NCBI GenBank assembly: GCA_964016885.1
Contig: OZ024757.1
Span: 29,946,001 to 30,010,000, forward strand
From: Eledone cirrhosa
Lineage: Eukaryota
Length of the DNA: 64,000 nucleotides
Direction: 5' to 3'
Shown: positions 61,417 through 64,000 of the stretch, piece after piece
Position numbering within the stretch: the stretch's first letter is position 1
Layout: each line of letters starts with the position of its first letter
Program-made: the position numbers and the translations under genes
Notes under the pieces: generated by a model
What the model saw: only the letters and a program-made list of their open reading frames with translations
Database searches by the model: none
What the model was told of the DNA's origin: nothing

Positions 61417-62369
61417 TTTCTATTGTTGATACTATATGCAGGCCGTATCAGTTTCAGTGATATCTTCTGTTGCATTTATTATCGTTAAAGTACTTGGTAA
61501 TGGCCATCTCCTGTAACTGAGAAAGATATCCATATATCGTAGTTAACTGACTGCCTCCTGTGACTGAGAAACCTATCTACTTGTTTCAGTTTGCTAACTA
61601 AATTATTAATGTGATAGGCGCATATGTTTGTGTGTGTGCATGTATGTGTTTAGTGCTTATGAGTGTTTACTGCTAGAGCTTTCTATAAGATAAACCTATA
61701 GATTTTACTGCCTGTGTAATTGCATGTCACTGCATAGGTAATTGCCTGTGTAAAGTACTTAAAATTAATGATATCGGACAGTCATAATCGGTTGCCTGTT
61801 TGTTTATAGAATTTCGTCGTGGACAGAAAAATAAGGTTCGGTTGGACAACAGTTCTAAATGTTATTACGTTGTCATCAGTAACCACCGATCCTGCTCTCA
61901 ACTGACCACTGTGAGATTGTAATTAAATCCACTATTATTAACCGCTTTATTTAAGCTAGCAGGCCGATTTGAATATTTGACGCCTTTTTGGCAGTTTATT
62001 CGATTAAATAAATTACTGAAGAATTACAATTGCCGAATATATCTAATTAATTTTAATTAGTTTACACATGCTATAATCTATATATTTATCATACAGTATA
62101 CTATAGCATCAAATATAAGTACAGCTAGCGTATGAGTAATTTACATAACATACCACACTACATTGCTGAAACTCATAAAGCATTCATATATGTATCTATG
62201 AATGTATTTATGGTCCCGTAACTCCTGATAGAGTGGTAGGGGCGTCGTATTGGCATACGGCGTTTCTTGGGAATTTTAATCCCATCCCTCTCCAGCATGA
62301 TTATAGCAGATTTCTTCCAGGGAAGGATAGAAAGTGAGAGAGAATAGAAATGAGAAAGAGATATAGAGG

Positions 62370-62460
62370 AAGAATCGACCCCAGTACTAGGCTGGTAATT
62401 TTTGTATCGACCTCGAAAATGATGAAAGGTAAAGTTGACCTCAGCGGGATTTGAGAGCAG
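62370..62460 (-). mobile_element. tRNA-derived SINE fragment
   Basis: aatcgaccccagtact...tatcgacc...gatgaaaggtaaagttgacctcagcgggatttga. Confidence 0.75.
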
Positions 62461-62852
62461 AGAGCAGGAACGATGATTCGGTTTAGGAATTATGTTTCGG
62501 GTATACATATAATCACGTTAAGGTTACACTTATCTGTAGAATTGTGTTAGTGTTACATTGGTACACTTGTATGTAGAATTACTTTAGGTGTACACATTTC
62601 TGTAACAAATGAATGCTCAGCATTGCAACTGACGTAGGACCCACTGCCATCGTATTCCACATGTTACCATACATTACAGACATTCTATATACGGCGACGA
62701 ATTGGCATATTTATCGTGGTTAGAGCGCAGTATGCCTCGCAATATTTGTTCAGTCACTCAGCGTTCTAATCCCACCGAGGTCAGCTTTACTTATCAACCT
62801 TTCTGAATGCTGTAAATCATGCGTGTGCTCCATCGGGGCTAACCTGACACTG

Positions 62853-63166
62853 AACAACAACAGCAACAAGAACAACAAAAAAAAACAACGACAACAACAA
62901 GAATAGCAACAACAAAGGCAGCAACGACAGCAACAACAACGAGAGCAACAACAGCACGACAACAACAACAACGACAGCAACAACAACGACAGCAACAACA
63001 ATAACGACAACACCAGCTACGACAACAACAACAGCGACAGCAACAACAACGACAACAACAACAACAACAACAACACCAACGACAGCAACAACACCAACGA
63101 CAAAACCAGCAACACCGACAGCAACAACAGAAACAACAATAACAACAAACACGGCAACAACCACAA
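62853..63166. repeat. Degenerate (AAC/AGC/ACG)n array
   Basis: Seen directly. Confidence 0.93.
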
Positions 63167-63564
63167 GAAACTCTTCAAGAATATTAAACAAAAATAAAAT
63201 AAGTGTTGAGAAGGACGACCAAGAAATTCTGAAATGGCTCTGAGGAGTTGATTGAAAATATTTCATATTTCATGAAGCAGAACTGCGTATGATAAATTCC
63301 TCAAGAGTTAAAACCAGAGAAGTTAAACGCAACGTGATGTGAGCTTTGTAGTTAGTCTTAATTAACTAAAAATATGTAATTAACGAAAAAATATCAGCGT
63401 ACGAAGGGTAGTTGTTGTACTGGCGAAACATACTTTCTCATTCTCCAACCGAAATTAAGTGGAGTTAAAATTGAAAAGCTAAATTTGGAACAAAATCAAA
63501 ACATAAAATCGAATTTATGAAGTAATGTAGATACACAGAAACGAAAGGTAATACGCAAATTGAA

Positions 63565-63580
63565 CATATATACATATACA

Positions 63581-63623
<43 letters not shown>

Positions 63624-63888
63624 GTGTGTGTATGTGTGTATATATACATATATATATATATATATACGTGTGTGTATGTGTGTATATATACATATACATA
63701 TATATACATATATATACATATATGTATATATACATATATATACATATATGTATATATATATATATACATATATGTATATATATATATACATATATGTATA
63801 TATATATATATACATATATGTATATGTATATATATACATATATGTATATATATATATATACATATATGTATATATATATACATATATG

Positions 63889-63924
<36 letters not shown>

Positions 63925-63934
63925 CATATATGTA

Positions 63935-63986
<52 letters not shown>

Positions 63987-64000
63987 CATATATATATATA
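63565..64000. repeat. (AT)n/(ACATATATGT) compound array running off the window
   Basis: Seen directly. Confidence 0.95.

Overview
Very AT-rich, repeat-saturated eukaryotic DNA with no host protein-coding exon that I can support, so it is probably intergenic or deep intronic. The tRNA-derived SINE families and the huge (AT)n/(ATAC)n/(TAGA)n load resemble octopus (coleoid cephalopod) genomes; that assignment is from recalled resemblance, not a search. Nearly all long ORFs in the supplied track are microsatellite artefacts. Real coding remnants are all transposon-derived: two RTE-clade families, a Tx1/L1-clade RT, a CR1-like 5' part whose ORF1 has a Myb/SANT(trihelix)-like domain plus a CCCH finger, a CR1-like RT fragment, two inverted copies of an R4/Dong-type restriction-like endonuclease, an I/Jockey-group 3' end, and a mariner-like transposase fragment inside one of two Tc1/mariner MITEs. 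The most interesting signal is a set of about 12 minimal type I hammerhead-ribozyme-like motifs (CUGANGA - stem II - GAAA - short, often palindromic stem III - UH), many degenerate or partial, from about 9 unrelated sequence families. Most sit in short non-coding elements, often with long terminal inverted repeats, in or beside (AT)n tracts, and no Penelope RT/GIY-YIG ORF is present. One perfect 112-bp palindrome appears to be centred on a hammerhead stem II. Different retroelement clades also appear to occupy different microsatellites, and several inverted repeats could form long dsRNA.
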